Assembly: GCA_004764695.1 (NCBI GenBank)
Contig: SMSO01000014.1
Span: forward strand, 7,182,029 to 7,246,028
DNA from: Schizochytrium sp. TIO01
Taxonomy: Eukaryota; Protista; Bigyra: Labyrinthulomycetes
DNA length: 64,000 nt
Direction of reading: 5' to 3'
A program made the position numbers and the translations under genes. The notes beneath the pieces were generated by a model. That model saw only the letters and a program-made list of their open reading frames with translations, did no database searches and had not been told where the DNA came from. Below, piece after piece: positions 28,676-41,744 of the stretch; the stretch's first letter is position 1; each line of letters starts with the position of its first letter.

Positions 28676-31600
28676 AAAAAGGAAGATACCCAATATGGTG
28701 AAGTTGACCTTACCCCAAGTTTACTGGAATGTCAGGTATCCCAAGATATCTGTTACGACAATATGTGGAGCAGCGATTGTGATGAAGGTGTGTAGTAGAA
28801 AGGAATTCATGCTGCTTTGAACAATTGAAACATGAAGATACTCATGAGGCTAGAACCTTTGCGATCTAAAGTAGAAGCGTTAGTATCGAAATGGCCTCTC
28901 AGATTTGTTGGCCGCACTATGCCCAATGGTTACTGTGTATTGTATAATTGGATGCGACGCTTTATGCAGCACCACATTGTCAATATACTCTTCGATAATA
29001 ACGATACTTTTAAAAAGAATTTATTTGAATAAATAAATAAGACAAATTAAATCAAAATTTATAGTTTTATATTAAATTAAAAAACTTATTTGAATAAATG
29101 TCTTTGTTTTAATTTTTATGAATTTCTATTATTATTTAAAGTGCTTTCCAACACTAATCATTCTATTAATAGCAAAATGAATTGGTGAAGCATATCAGGA
29201 TGCCGTATCCCATCGAGAGTATTCATTGCAACACGTTTCAACGTCAAAGACATATCTTCTCCTGCAATGTATTCTTCAAGGTACCTCTCGGCATGAAGAC
29301 ACCGTATTCGCGTGGATTGCTTGTTCTCATCCTACGGTCATTAACTACACGATCAACAATTACATCACAAATTGTACACAAGGTGTTACTAATGCATAAT
29401 GAATGCTTCGTTTAGTTTATTTTGAGCATAGTAATACGTTATGTACAAGAACAAAAACGTCCACTAGCGTTTGATCGATTATATTATTGTTTGCTTCAAG
29501 CTTGAAAAGTAAATGAACATTCAGATAGTCTAGATTTATTGCTGGAATTAAATGAAGCACCGTCCCTCAGTGGTCCTTTTATATGATTCTTGAAAGAGCA
29601 AGATAATGTGCATTCGCTTTTCGTGAAAGACTGAAATATATTCGCAAACGTTGGCATTCACTGTGTGAGATCTTCCAGCCTCTGTAACTTCGTCCCACTT
29701 GCTATAATAATTTAACTCCTTATAGATATGTAAAACATGTCTTTACCACTAAACCAATCTACAAGAGATGTTTTACTTTTCTCTATCAACAAGAGTACTG
29801 ATAAGCATGGAATGGATCCAGTTTTAAAATTGTACAAGGTACGATCTGTCTTTGTAAAAACAAACAAAAACACCAAAAACTCATTGTTTAATATTAAATT
29901 AAACTTTTTAATTTGAAAAGTTAAATATTTTAAACCAAAAGTAAAAGTTTAATTAAAACAGAACAATTTTGTTTTTATATTCTGTTCTAATACATTTTTG
30001 TTTTTAATCTTTAAAAGTTAAAAGGAGTAAAAGTATTTGCAAATTTTTAAATTGACAGAAATTATTGATGTAGCCTGAATGAGATCTTCGAGAGACTTAA
30101 CGAGTCTTAACTAGTTTGCTGCTGCACAGAATAGAGCATCTTCAGATCAAGGGTTGCACAATAGTATAGGCGCCACTGCTTAGACAGGTGACAAGCCGAC
30201 TTGCTGTTTAGAAGCTCAATCCAAATGAATCCTTAGTGTGTGAACTTTCCGAAACCAATGTTTTTAGCTCGTTAAGCATTTTCAAATTGGTCATAAAGCT
30301 GTCCAACGTTGTTTACTGCAGCATGGCTTTCTAGGAATCACGTTTGTCTTTAAACTTTCATGCTCAGAGCACTCTGCAGTATGGTGATGATGTAGATTTG
30401 TTCGACGGAAGGGCTCTGTCGAACAAAGAAATTATCAAATTGTGCTTCCTTAGAGAGTAGACCTTTTGTATGACCTCATCTATCAAAAAACATTATTGGG
30501 GCCATTTCGCGAATGTTTTGAGCAGCCGCAACAAAGTCAAGCTTTCGTTTTGCTGAGTCTTGTTTAAAAAGTTTTAAAAAAGGTTGTTTTTGTTGGAGGC
30601 AAACTCAGGTTAAAATTCTCTCAAGTATTGTACGTTCGATGAAGGCAAGTGATACAAATTTCCATAAGACTCTGAATCAACAATCATGTATTATATACGA
30701 ATGCTTTCCAGTGTAATAACTGAACTTAACAGCATGCCTGTATGCATTAGAATATTTATTAAAAACGATATCATGGAGCTTGGTGCAAACGACAGAACAC
30801 CACAAAATATTTCTAAATAGATTCACGGACGTTCGAAATACGATATGTTGCAGCTTTTTCGAAGCAAGTCCTTTGGGAACCGGAAATACTAGTCAAATGT
30901 GTGGTAAGTACGCTTCGTGCCTGCACATCAAATTACTTCGATAGCATCAACATAGAAAACCTGATTTGAAGGGAAAACAGTGCAATAAGGAATTGCACAA
31001 AGAATCACAAATTGAGAACTACCACTTATTTTGTGACTAGTCCCTTTCATGGTTAAGAAAGGTCATTTGTTAATTTGGAGATGCCGCAAAGAGGAACTCA
31101 TAATGGATTTCTTATTTCAAAAACGCATTTCGTGAGAGCACCCCCTAAAATATAAAGAAACAGCTATCGAACGATTTGCAACTTAATCTTTGACAGTGAT
31201 GTGCTTGGGAGAAAGCTCTGTGCAAAGGCCCAGTGAAGGAATCGCAGGCACTCATTCGTCACAATTGATATGCTTCAAAATACTTCAAAATTTGCAGTCA
31301 TCGTACAGATTCGAAAGGAAAGAAGAAACTCTCTCTCCAGTTCAGTAGAAGATGCTGTGCGGTCAAAACATGCAATATCTTGCTTTGACGGTAGTGTAGG
31401 TAAAGTTGTTGCTGGGCAATCATTGTTCTCAACAGTAGAATTGCAAGTTCTAATTTATACGCTAAGGTTCTGTTAGTCCTAGTTAGATAATTCTTCAAAT
31501 AAAGTTCTAGATAGATTAAACTCTAGTCTGTATTTTCATTTCTATAATAAAGTGCGGGAAGATCAAAAGGAAAAGCATCAGAACTTGAATCAAATCATAG

Positions 31601-33276
31601 AGGACTGCTCTAGGCGCCCCGGCCGTGAGCAGGTAGAGCATAGTGGGTGGTTCGCTTGGCCTTAGCAAAGATGCTGGGTTGACTACCTGCGCTTGTAGGT
31701 TGCTTCCGGTTCCTTCTGCTTTGCCTCCAAACGAACGAAGCTGTGAGATGAGAACACATCAACCTTTGCTCTGCGAGACTTGGATGAGGCTCGAGCTCCT
31801 GCAAGCACCGCTGCTTTGGCAAGATGGGTCTCTGTCTCCGCCAGCGAGCACAGAGTTAAGTGAGAACCTTTGTTTCTCAATTATAGAAGGTGTTTTTTAT
31901 GCCTCAGAAAGGTCTGTGAAACAAGTGAGGTCTTGTTGGAGAATCAGCTGTCCACCTGAAAGGAGGTCTGCCACCAAGCCTAAACCATGGCCTCTGGAGA
32001 AAGAAATCAATGCTGGGTCATAAGCCTGGTCATTCTCACTATGCGGCTATTTTGCTCGTTGGTATGTTTTTGTGAAATTCGCCGCTGACTAGAGTAATGA
32101 ACAATTATTCATAAACACGAGCGACTTCACGGGTCGCAAAAATATTCAAAGTGATCTGCACATTTTGGCCAGGACAATAGCATTGCGAGACTTTTTGAAT
32201 AAAAGATTTTTTTAATATGGTTCCTCTACAGTGTAGAACCTTTTACGACATAAGCAATTACCGCGGTGACCATTGCAAATGTTAAAAGTGGCCATGAACT
32301 TCGCAGTGCATTTAATTGGTCCACATGTAGATGCCATTTTCCCGTATTGTTGTTCGCACTGAGCTGTGCACGAAAAGCAGTCAACTGTACATTGGAATTA
32401 TACTGTTGCAACAATAACAACGTTCTGTTGAATTTTATGCTAGCTAAGTTATGGCTTTGGTTTATTGGTCTAATGAATATGTTCCTTGTAGTAGGTATCT
32501 GCCGAAGTACCAATACCAACTTAGTTTAGGAAAAATGAAAAATAAAATGTCGTACATCACCAGATGGCCAAAGTTTCTCCTCTAAAAATCCAGATCAATT
32601 CAGGTCGCTGGAGAATTGAAATCAGAATTCCTGGTACCTGACTTTGTTTCGAAAAATAGTAAATTAAACACGGCTGTCTTCAGGGAAGCTACTGAAAATT
32701 TTATTTCCTCAAATCTGCTGCTGAAGGGTATCTTTAATATATACGACTTTTGTGCTGTTGCCTAAAGCTTGTCACCCAGGCAAAGGGAGAAGAGAAAAAG
32801 TGCAGCCTCGGGCAAGCGAATGGAGTTTTAAATAAACAATATATCTCGATTGATTGCGGCGACGAGAATGATATTTGAAAAGCAAGTACGACCTTTTCTG
32901 TGGAACCTCTATTTATTCTACCGAGATCTTAAATTTGTTCCTTTCATTTGTTTCTGCAAGCGTACTTTCCAGAGAATGCAGTTACTGACCATGGCTTTCC
33001 TAAGTAGATCACCGATTGATGCAAAGTAATTTCGATTCTTTATCTCTTTGTGCCTAACTTTTAATGCATTGCAAAAAATAGGATACATCAATTTTCAGAT
33101 TCCCTATCAATTTTTTTAATTCGGGAATGTTGATAGTAAGCCAACGTCACCAGTACGTATGTCAAAAATGAACAGATTAACCCCGCTTTGTGTGGAGAAC
33201 TGATATCATTGCTCAATTATTAGTGATTCATATCAAAGTACCAAAAATGAGTGGTTTGGGAAAAAATTGCAAAAAG

Positions 33277-33395
33277 AACATTCAACACCGGGGCTTCGCA
33301 TGCAGTCCCCTATCATACTACTGACCCGGCCCTACGCGACTTTACTTCTCAGTGCGAATGAGATGAGGTGTTACCCGCGTGGTATGATCGAATGT
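33277..33395 (-). rRNA. 5S rRNA: 5S rRNA (second 5S locus of the unit, different flanks)
   Basis: Coding region identical to 11296-11414 and 42326-42444; T-run terminator. Confidence 0.93.
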
Positions 33396-34840
33396 GAACA
33401 GATAAGTCGAACTCTAGCATTTATACTCCAGACCTCTATTTCATTCTATAAAAAGTAACAACGCAGAAAGTAGCTTTCCTTCGAGTCTCTCTGGCCTGCC
33501 ATGAAGACAAAAGCTTCCTTGCAGACTTTCTGTTACAGAGTGCTTTATTTTCCTTTGTTGAAATACAAGCTGATGCCGAGCAACAGTAAAGTTAGTGAGA
33601 AGGAAAACTGACACCATGACTTCGCAAGGCTCAAAGGAACCTTCATGACCAGATCATGGTGAAGCGTCAGTCAACATAGTGATGCGTCTATGTCAGGGAG
33701 GGAAGGGCGCAAAGCAAGCCTCAAAATGAGTTTGCAGGGCAATTCGACAAGATTAGTAAAGCTGTAGGTCCTCTACCCTCCTGGTTGAGTTGAAACACAC
33801 GCATTTCGAGCATTCGATTATTTATTCTGTGCATATTACAAATCGTGTGCATAGTCAAGAAATGCTTCATATTTCTTTCCCTAGCACGAAGTTATCCGCC
33901 ATGATTGAGAATTCTAAAGCTGTCTTGCATAGGTTAATGGTTATAAGTAGTTGCTTTAGTCTAGTTTGCACAGTTTTAAATAAATACATTTAGAAAAAAA
34001 ATGAATCTTTACAATGTTCTTTAGTTGTGGTGTTCCGCATTATTGAGTTAATGCAGGTCAGAAAAAAATAATAAAAAAAATTGAAACTGGTATACTTGTT
34101 GTTTCTTGCATGGTTTGCCGTTCTGTGGTAGAAGGAAAGGTCACACTTGTTCACTTCAATATGTTCCTTTGCGTGTCCGAATCTCACCGATATAGTTCGA
34201 CTCTCTCCTTCTGAAGATTCTTCCTTTCACAGATGCAAGATGTTCTACGTTCAGGATTAAGCTTGCATTTGTGTATTTCCTAGGAAACATCAACGAGATA
34301 ATTCCCCAAGCTGGAGACAAGAAAGAAAGTTACTGGGCGCTACTATTCCTAATGAGTTAATAATATCTCGTGTTACAAAGTTTACTATAACGAGAAGTGC
34401 GTATAAAAGCAAATGAAGAGACTAGCCAAGCACGGTTGTGCGCATTCTGTTTGGCTGTGTACTCACATGTGTCTCAACTGCTTTGAAACTGACTCGAACA
34501 GAATCCTTAATGTGTGTTTGTAGAACAAAACAATCTTCAGTGGGACACCATCACAGAGATCTCGTGGGAGAAGTAAACCGCTTAACACTTTCGTTGACAC
34601 TCTCAGCACATGTTGCTTAAATATGTATGTTTCCCTCTTAGAGGTATATTGCAAGTTAGCGTGAGGCGATCACCAAGAGATAGTGTAGGTAGAGAAATGA
34701 AGGAAAATAAAAGTTAGAATTAATATTCAGGAACTGCTGACAAGGCCCATTGTCAAAGTCTATGGGCAGAGAGCAGTTGCTTTTTTGCATTCTAGTCAAC
34801 GGCGCTTAAGCAAAAGATAATCATTTAAAATTCGATTAGT

Positions 34841-37800
34841 TTATTCCAATCTAAAGTTTGCGCCAACAATATCTGGTGTTAGCAAAGGTGACAATAACTC
34901 TCTCAGAACGAGTCGAAGATTTCTATCCTGAATATGTGCATTCCAGTACTCCCGCAGACGTTCTGCGCGGAGCAACTGCCACGCCTCACGAACCTGCTCA
35001 AATGAATCAGGAAAAAATGGATCTTGCCCAAGCTTTTTCAAGCAAGTTCTCACATGAGCATGACAAGCTCGTGAATTCTGAGAACTAAACTCAAGACACC
35101 AAGCGCAGAAGTGATGACCACAAGTATCAGTACCACACTTTACAGCGCAGCAACCGGCAAAATCGTGTACATATGCCTTACAGTTCGGACAACATGTGCT
35201 CAAGATCTTCTCTTGAATATGGAGTAAATGCCGTTGTGCGTCGCGATTCTGTTCATCTGCACGCAAAACTTCTGCTATGCGCCTTTGGATCTCCTTCTCC
35301 GCCCAAACTGCTGCTTCATTTTCTGCCTTCATCTTCGCAATCAACAAAAGATGATTCAAAGCTGTTGGTGCAAGACGAGTGATTTCTTGACCTGATATTC
35401 TTCCCCCACATTCAGGTTTCATACATGTCATCGTTCCATCAGCATCCACTCTTACGTTAGCAAGTGGCTGTGACGCCGCTTCTACTGCAGATTTAATACA
35501 GTCTCTGCAAAGGAAGTCTCCCTCCTCGCAGCTCGTGCCCTCGGAAAGCAGATGCTCCTCCATGCATACTAGACATATTTTGACAGGGATCTTAGGAGCT
35601 CCAAAAGCTTCATGTTGGAGTGCTTGGTGAGCAGTTGGACGCTGGCCAGGGTCTGTTGCTGTAAGAGCATCGATAAGTTTCTGCATTGCAGCGGTTCGCT
35701 CAGTAGGATACAGCTCCTTTAAGCTTATGCCCACAGAGTACATATCCATCGCTGTTTCAAACCTATCTACAGGCCCATTCTGCAACTCGGGGGCAACGTA
35801 CCGTGGCGTTGCCTGGAGTGATGTGTAAGTTGCAGTGTAGTCTGCAACCTTGATGCCGTCAAAGTCGCCGATCAATGGTGTCCCGTTGCTTGTGAGAAAA
35901 ATGTTTTCTGGTTTGATATCACAATGCACAATGCCATGGGTATGCAAATCCGCCACACCGATAAGCAGGCCCATAGCAAGTCGGTCGCGCACTGCTTTGC
36001 CTTCGTTAGGATGACTCTCAATCCACTTGGCAAGGTCACCTTGCTCGTAGAAAGGCATGAGGATACATCCACGCGGTTCTCCATTAGAGGTATCCACAAA
36101 AGCGCCAGTGATACGTATCACGTGCTGAGACACCACGTTTCCCATATTTGCAGCTTGCCTGTAAAATATTTTGTGTTGGCTCGAATGACCGAGTTGAAAT
36201 TGTTTCAAAACCATAGTTTTACCAACGTTGTCAAGAACCTTTTGTACTCTCTTGCCACCTCTGGAAGCAAGGGGTTCGCGGACAGGCTTGAAGTCCGAGG
36301 CTGTGACATTCGTCAACCAAAGGTCAGAACATGCTACTTCAAAAACACCCTCTGCACTTACGTGAAGCCTTTCCAGCCAGGCTCTATCTTGCAGCAACTC
36401 TGGATAATGTTCCTGCGCGTGTTGCAGAGTCTCAGCAAGCTTATGACGAAAAGCTTTGCTAAGGTCGATAGGGTTGCCTTGAGAGAGAATGAGCTCTTGG
36501 TTTTTCATTCTATTTCTAAAATATGCTTGATCTTCCTCATCCAGGTCCTCAGCCACTAGTTCTGCTTCGGCGATTTTTAATCTTTCTGTGGCTTTCCTTG
36601 ACTTGTCGAGTTTCTGGTATAATGCTTCAACATCTGAGACAGAAGGTTCTTTCAAACCCAGTACTACATAGTCATACAGTCCAGAGAGCTCTTCTGGTGC
36701 GCACTTGCTCGCTTCATTCAACGCAGCACTTTTAGAATATCCTTCAAATCGAGCAAATGTTACACTTATTGCGCAAAGTATTTCGGACAATTGGGCACGA
36801 AGTATATCTCCTTGTAGAGCTTCGATTTCTTCTTGAAGAGCACGCTCAAGTTCAGACAACTCCGGTTTTAGCTCCATGGCCTGCTCCGGTGTCCTCAGGG
36901 CAACCAATAATCCATCACCAAGCTTCAGCTCAGACAATCGAGAGATGACGCGCTTTACAGCTTGTTGGCTTCGTTCACCAATGTTGTTGGATTGGCCTTC
37001 TCCACTCCTCTTATACTCTTCGACGCATTTGACAGCCTGAACAACGAGTTCTTGGCAGTGTTTAAAGTCATCTGTGCTGGTCTCTTCCGTGACTGGCGCA
37101 GGTTTGATATTTAGATGATCTACCAAACTTTCGACTCTCACTTTGAATTCTCGCCCTATATCTTCATCACTTTCGCAAAGTTTTGCGCGAACCCATGGGT
37201 ACACAACCTGCAAAAGCGAATGCAGGCGACTTCGTTCGGCGTTCCGCTTTTCGATGAGGCTGGACAAGCCATCAGCAGAGCTTGCACGAATCTGGCCTTG
37301 TAGTGCGTCAAGACCCTCTTTGGAGTTCTTGATGTCAGCGGAAAGCTGTTGCAACTTCACTTGGCCAAAGTAGCCTTGGATCGCCGGTCCTACGAATTCC
37401 TCAAGCAAGGCAATCCCAGTCTGCAGGGAGTTTTCTCTGACCCCGCCTGGGTCCGCGCGCAAGTCCGAGACTTTTTTGGCAAGCTGCACCACATCAGCGA
37501 AACTCACGCTCCCTCCATCCGGCCGTTCTCTGAGGTGGACAAGAAGACGTAAACAAACGAGCAAAGTGAAGACATTTGAAGCAGCAACAGAGGCAGAAGC
37601 AAAAGTTAGGATCTCCAAAATATCTCAACAACACAATTTGTGGAATGAATGATCACACGATCCCTAACAAAAAACGCATGAACTTACCCAGATATGTTCT
37701 CTCCAGGAGAACGCACCCTTTCGAACAATTCTTTAAAAGACAAATATGCATCATAGAGACTGCGTCTTGTAAACGAATAAAAAAACGAACGAAAGAGAAA

Positions 37801-40800
37801 AACAGTACTTGATAGAATAACGATGACCGCATTCAAAGATAGCTTCGCAAGTCTATGGAGACACAGAGAGAACCAGCGAAGCCAGGGCTCTGCGCAAGAA
37901 GATTCATCAAACCCGCGAGACTCTATAGCAAGCTCGCCGCTATCGACGCCATCTTGCTCACTCTTCGGCTCTGCAGAAGGCTCGCTTTCTGTGGAGGCAC
38001 AGACATCGGTCTCTGATGAGGAGTAAATATCCTCTCCAGGAGAACACACGCTTTCGAACAATTCTTTAGGGGTTCTACGAAAGCTGTCATAGCTGCGTTT
38101 TGTAACGAATGTGAATACACGAATGAAAGAGAATAAGAGCGTTTGTTAGAAGGACGATTAACGTATCTAAAGACCGCATTGCAAGTCCATGGAGACATGG
38201 AGAGAACCATAGATGACAAGGCTCTGCGAAAGCTAGGACCAGCAGCAGAGGGAACGGAACTTACTGGACTCGAACAGAAGGACATGCTTTGTGCAGAAAC
38301 TTCGCGACGGCCTTTGCGCCCTCTGAGCCAATGTTGTTGTTGTTAAGACTGTGAGTATAAATGAATAAGTTTGTTTTGTTCATTCGTTGTCAGGAAAGAC
38401 AGGTCCAGTCAGTTGATCCTGTTTTGTTTTGTTTTCCTCACAATAAAAAGCAATCAGCTTTTGTTCTGCTGCTGCTGTTGCTGCTGCCTATCAAATTATA
38501 TAGATTTCCTGCTTCTCTTTGTAAAAAAGAAAAGACTTCTTTGCCTTTCTTTGCGTACCCAACTACGTAAACTACTTAGGTAGTGTACCAGCAGTACTAC
38601 AAACACCAAGCACTCAAAAGAAAGAAAGAAAAAGCTTGGTCCTGACTATTACGAAGCTTTCCCTCGTGGATGATTCCACAAACGTACTTCAAATAATTCA
38701 GGTTCTTGCATCCCTCGAGTGCCTTTGCGACGGACTTTGCGCCCTCATCGCCAATGTTGTTGTTGTAAAGACTGTGAGTATAAATGAATAAGTTTGTTTT
38801 GCATTCGTTGTCAGGAAAGGCAGCTCCAGTCAGTTGATCTTGTTTTGTTTTGTTTTTCTTCACAATATAGCAATCAGCTCTTCTTCTTCTGCTGCTGCTG
38901 CTGCCTATCAAATTATATAGATTTCCTTTTGCCCTTCCTAGTTTTCTTTCAAAAAAAGAAAAGAGTTCTTTGCCTTTCTCAAGTACCCAACTACGTAAAC
39001 TACTTAGGTAGTGTACCAGCAGTACTACAAACACCAAGCACTAAAAAGAAAGAAAGAAAAAGCTTGGTCCTGACTATTACGATAGCTTTCCCTCGTGGAT
39101 GATTCCACAAACGTACTTCAATTGTTGAAGGTTCTTGCATCCCTCGAGTGCCTTTGCGACGGCCTTTGAGCCCTCCGAGCCAATGTTGTTTTGAGAAAGA
39201 CTGTGAGTATAAATGAATAAGTTTGTTTTGTTCATTCGTTGTCAGGAAAGACGGGTCCAGTCAGTTGACCCTGTTTTGTTTTGTTTTTCCTCACAATAAA
39301 AAGCAATCACCTCTTCTTCTTCTTCTGCTGCTGCTGCCTATCAAATTATATAGATTTCCTTCTTCTCTTTGTAAAAAAGAAAAGACTTCTTTGCCTTTCT
39401 TTGCGTACCCAACTACGTAAACTACTTAGGTAGTGTACTACAAACACCAAGCACTAAAAAGAAAGAAAGAAAAAGCTTGGTCCCGACTATTACGATAGCT
39501 TTCCCTCGTGGATGATGCCACAAACGTACTGTAAAGTTTGAAGGTTCTTGCATCCCTCAAGTGCCTTTGCAACGGCCTTTGCGCCCTCCGAGCCAATCTT
39601 GTTCCACTGAAGACTGTGAGTATACATGAATAAGTTTGTTTTGTTCATTCGTTGTCAGGAAAGACAGGTCCAGTCAGTTGATCCTGTTTTGTTTTGTTTT
39701 TCCTCACAATAAAAAGCAATCACCTCTTCTTTTGCTGCTGCTGCTGCCTATCAAATTATATAGATTTCCTGCTTCTCTTTGTAAAAAAGAAAAGACTTCA
39801 TTGCCTTTCTTTGCGTACCCAACTACGTAAACTACGTAGGTAGTGTACCAGCAGTACTACAAACACCAAGCACTCAAAAGAAAGAAAGAAAAAGCTTGGT
39901 CCTGCCTATTACGATAGCTTTCCCTCGTGGATGATTCCACAAACGTACTTCAGATGAGTCAGGTTCTTGCATCCCTCGAGTGCCTTTGCGACGGCCTTTG
40001 CGCCCTCATCGCCAATCTTGTTGCTCATAAGACTGTGAGTATAAATGAATAAGTTTGTTTTGTTCATTCGTTGTCAGGAAAGACAAGTCCAGTCAGTTGA
40101 TCCTGTTTTTTTTTTTTTTTCCTCACAATAAAAGGCAACTCTTCTTCTTCTTCTTCTGCTGCTGCTGCTGCGTATCAAATAATATAGATTCCCTTCTTCT
40201 CTTTGTAAAAAAGAAAAGACTTCTTTGCCTTTCTCAAGTACCCAACTACGTAAACTACTTAGGTAGTGTACCAGCAGTACTACAAACACCAAGCACGCAA
40301 AAGAAAGAAAGAAAAAGCTTGGTCCTGACTATTACGTTAACTTTCCCTCGTGGATGATTCCACAAACGTACTACAAAGTTTGAAGGTTCTTGCATCCCTC
40401 GAGTGCCTTTGCGACGGCCTTTGAGCCCTCCGAGCCAATGTTGTTTTGAGAAAGACTGTGAGTATAAATGAATAAGTTTGTTTTGTTCATTCGTTGTCAG
40501 GAAAGACGGGTCCAGTCAGTTGATCCTGTTTTGTTTTGTTTTTCCTCACAATAAAAAGCAATCACCTCTTCTTTTGCTGCTGCTGCTGCCTATCAAATTA
40601 TATAGATTTCCTGCTTCTCTTTGTAAAAAAGATAAGACTTCTTTGCCTTTCTTTGCGTACCCAACCACGTAAACTATTTAGGTAGTGTACCAGCAGTACT
40701 ACAAACACCAAGCACTAAAAAGAAAGAAAGAAAAAGCTTGGTCCTGACTATTACGATAGCTTTCCCTCGTGGATGATTCCACAAACGTACATTAAAGTTT

Positions 40801-41108
40801 GAAGGTTTTTACATCCCTCGAGTGCCTTTGCGACGGCCTTTGCGCCCTCTGAGCCAATGTTGTCTCCCAAAATCCTGTGTTTGTTTGTTTGTTTGTTTGT
40901 GAACAAGTGAGAGTAAGTATATGCCATTTCCAACTTCTTCATTAGTGTCACTACTAGGTCAAAACTATTCTTCTTCCACAAAGCTGACTACTACAACACA
41001 TCGACGACGCGATGCCTCCTTCTTCTGTCTCCCCCCTTCTGCATCGTGCACCTACCAAATCTCCGTCGTATCTTCTGTGATGTCCTCAATTCTCTCTGCT
41101 TTGGTCAT
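34841..41108 (-). CDS. Gene A copy 2 (complete): LRR(7)-acidic linker-helical region-non-RD Ser/Thr kinase-RING1/RING2 (RBR-like) protein, ~1244 aa (1193 if 37760-37912 is spliced)
   Basis: Exons 41108-41056 (MTKAERIEDITEDTTEI); LRR exons 40874-40791, 40455-40372, 40032-39949, 39613-39530, 39200-39117, 38771-38688, 38348-38265; linker 38092-37688; terminal exon 37529-34841 (the 925-aa ORF minus its first ~30 intronic codons). Kinase motifs MVLK, HCDIKPENI, DFD, YVAPE, DMYSVG, RPTA; CLVC..C..CRDC..CMKPEC RING; CPNC..GCC..C..CGHHFCAWC RING2-like. Confidence 0.92.
38265..40874 (-). repeat. Array A2: 7 tandem ~415-430 bp LRR exon+intron units
   Basis: Same unit as array A1. Confidence 0.97.
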
Positions 41109-41709
41109 CGTATTGCAGCAGTGAGTGTCACCTTTGATGGATGGATTGATCAATCGCGTTGATTGTCTTTGCTTTGTCTTTGTCTTCGCTTTGCTTTGGC
41201 GCTCGAAAGAGAGAGAGAGAGAGAGAGAGTAGTTTGAGTCTTTGCTCGCGCTGCTGATCAGGAACGGAGACTTCTGCTCTCTCTTCTTCTTCGCAGCAAG
41301 GAAGGAGGAACGGGCGGACTCCTCGCGATGCCTCGAAAGTGCCTCTGCAGACCAAGCCTCGCCCACGAGTAACGAACGCGTGGAGGGGTGTGGCGCGCGA
41401 GAGGTCGCGGGGGCGTGGATATCGTGCGCGCGCGCTGCCTCGTGTTGCGGCTTTGCGGCTTTGGCGATGGCATGGTATTCCCTTTTATTCCTTTCCTGTG
41501 TTAAGGTCCTTTGCCCTTTTGTTTAAGGTGCTTTCACTTCGTTTCTAATTTATCCTGGGAGCGCAAAAGAGGAGTCTAGTCTTGAAGAAAGACGAGGAGG
41601 CCTCGTGCTTCGTCTAGGTCAAAAACAAGGCAGGAGGCGACACGAGGAAGGACTCCATCCCTTTATGGTCGTGCAGATGAAGAGAGTTAACGCATAGAAC
41701 TATTCTTCA

Positions 41710-41744
<35 letters not shown>

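Noticed and set aside
28547-32529. Spacer ORFs shared by both units (e.g. 31643-32023, 32226-32519)
   Set aside because: Sharing reflects near-identity of the whole spacer; no motifs or splice-supported model, and at least one ORF (61922-62134) has a stop in the other copy.
37530-37618. Hydrophobic N-terminus of the 925-aa ORF as a signal peptide or TM segment
   Set aside because: It starts at TTG and is the pyrimidine-rich 3' end of an intron ending ctcag at 37530; the equivalent A1 region differs by indels.
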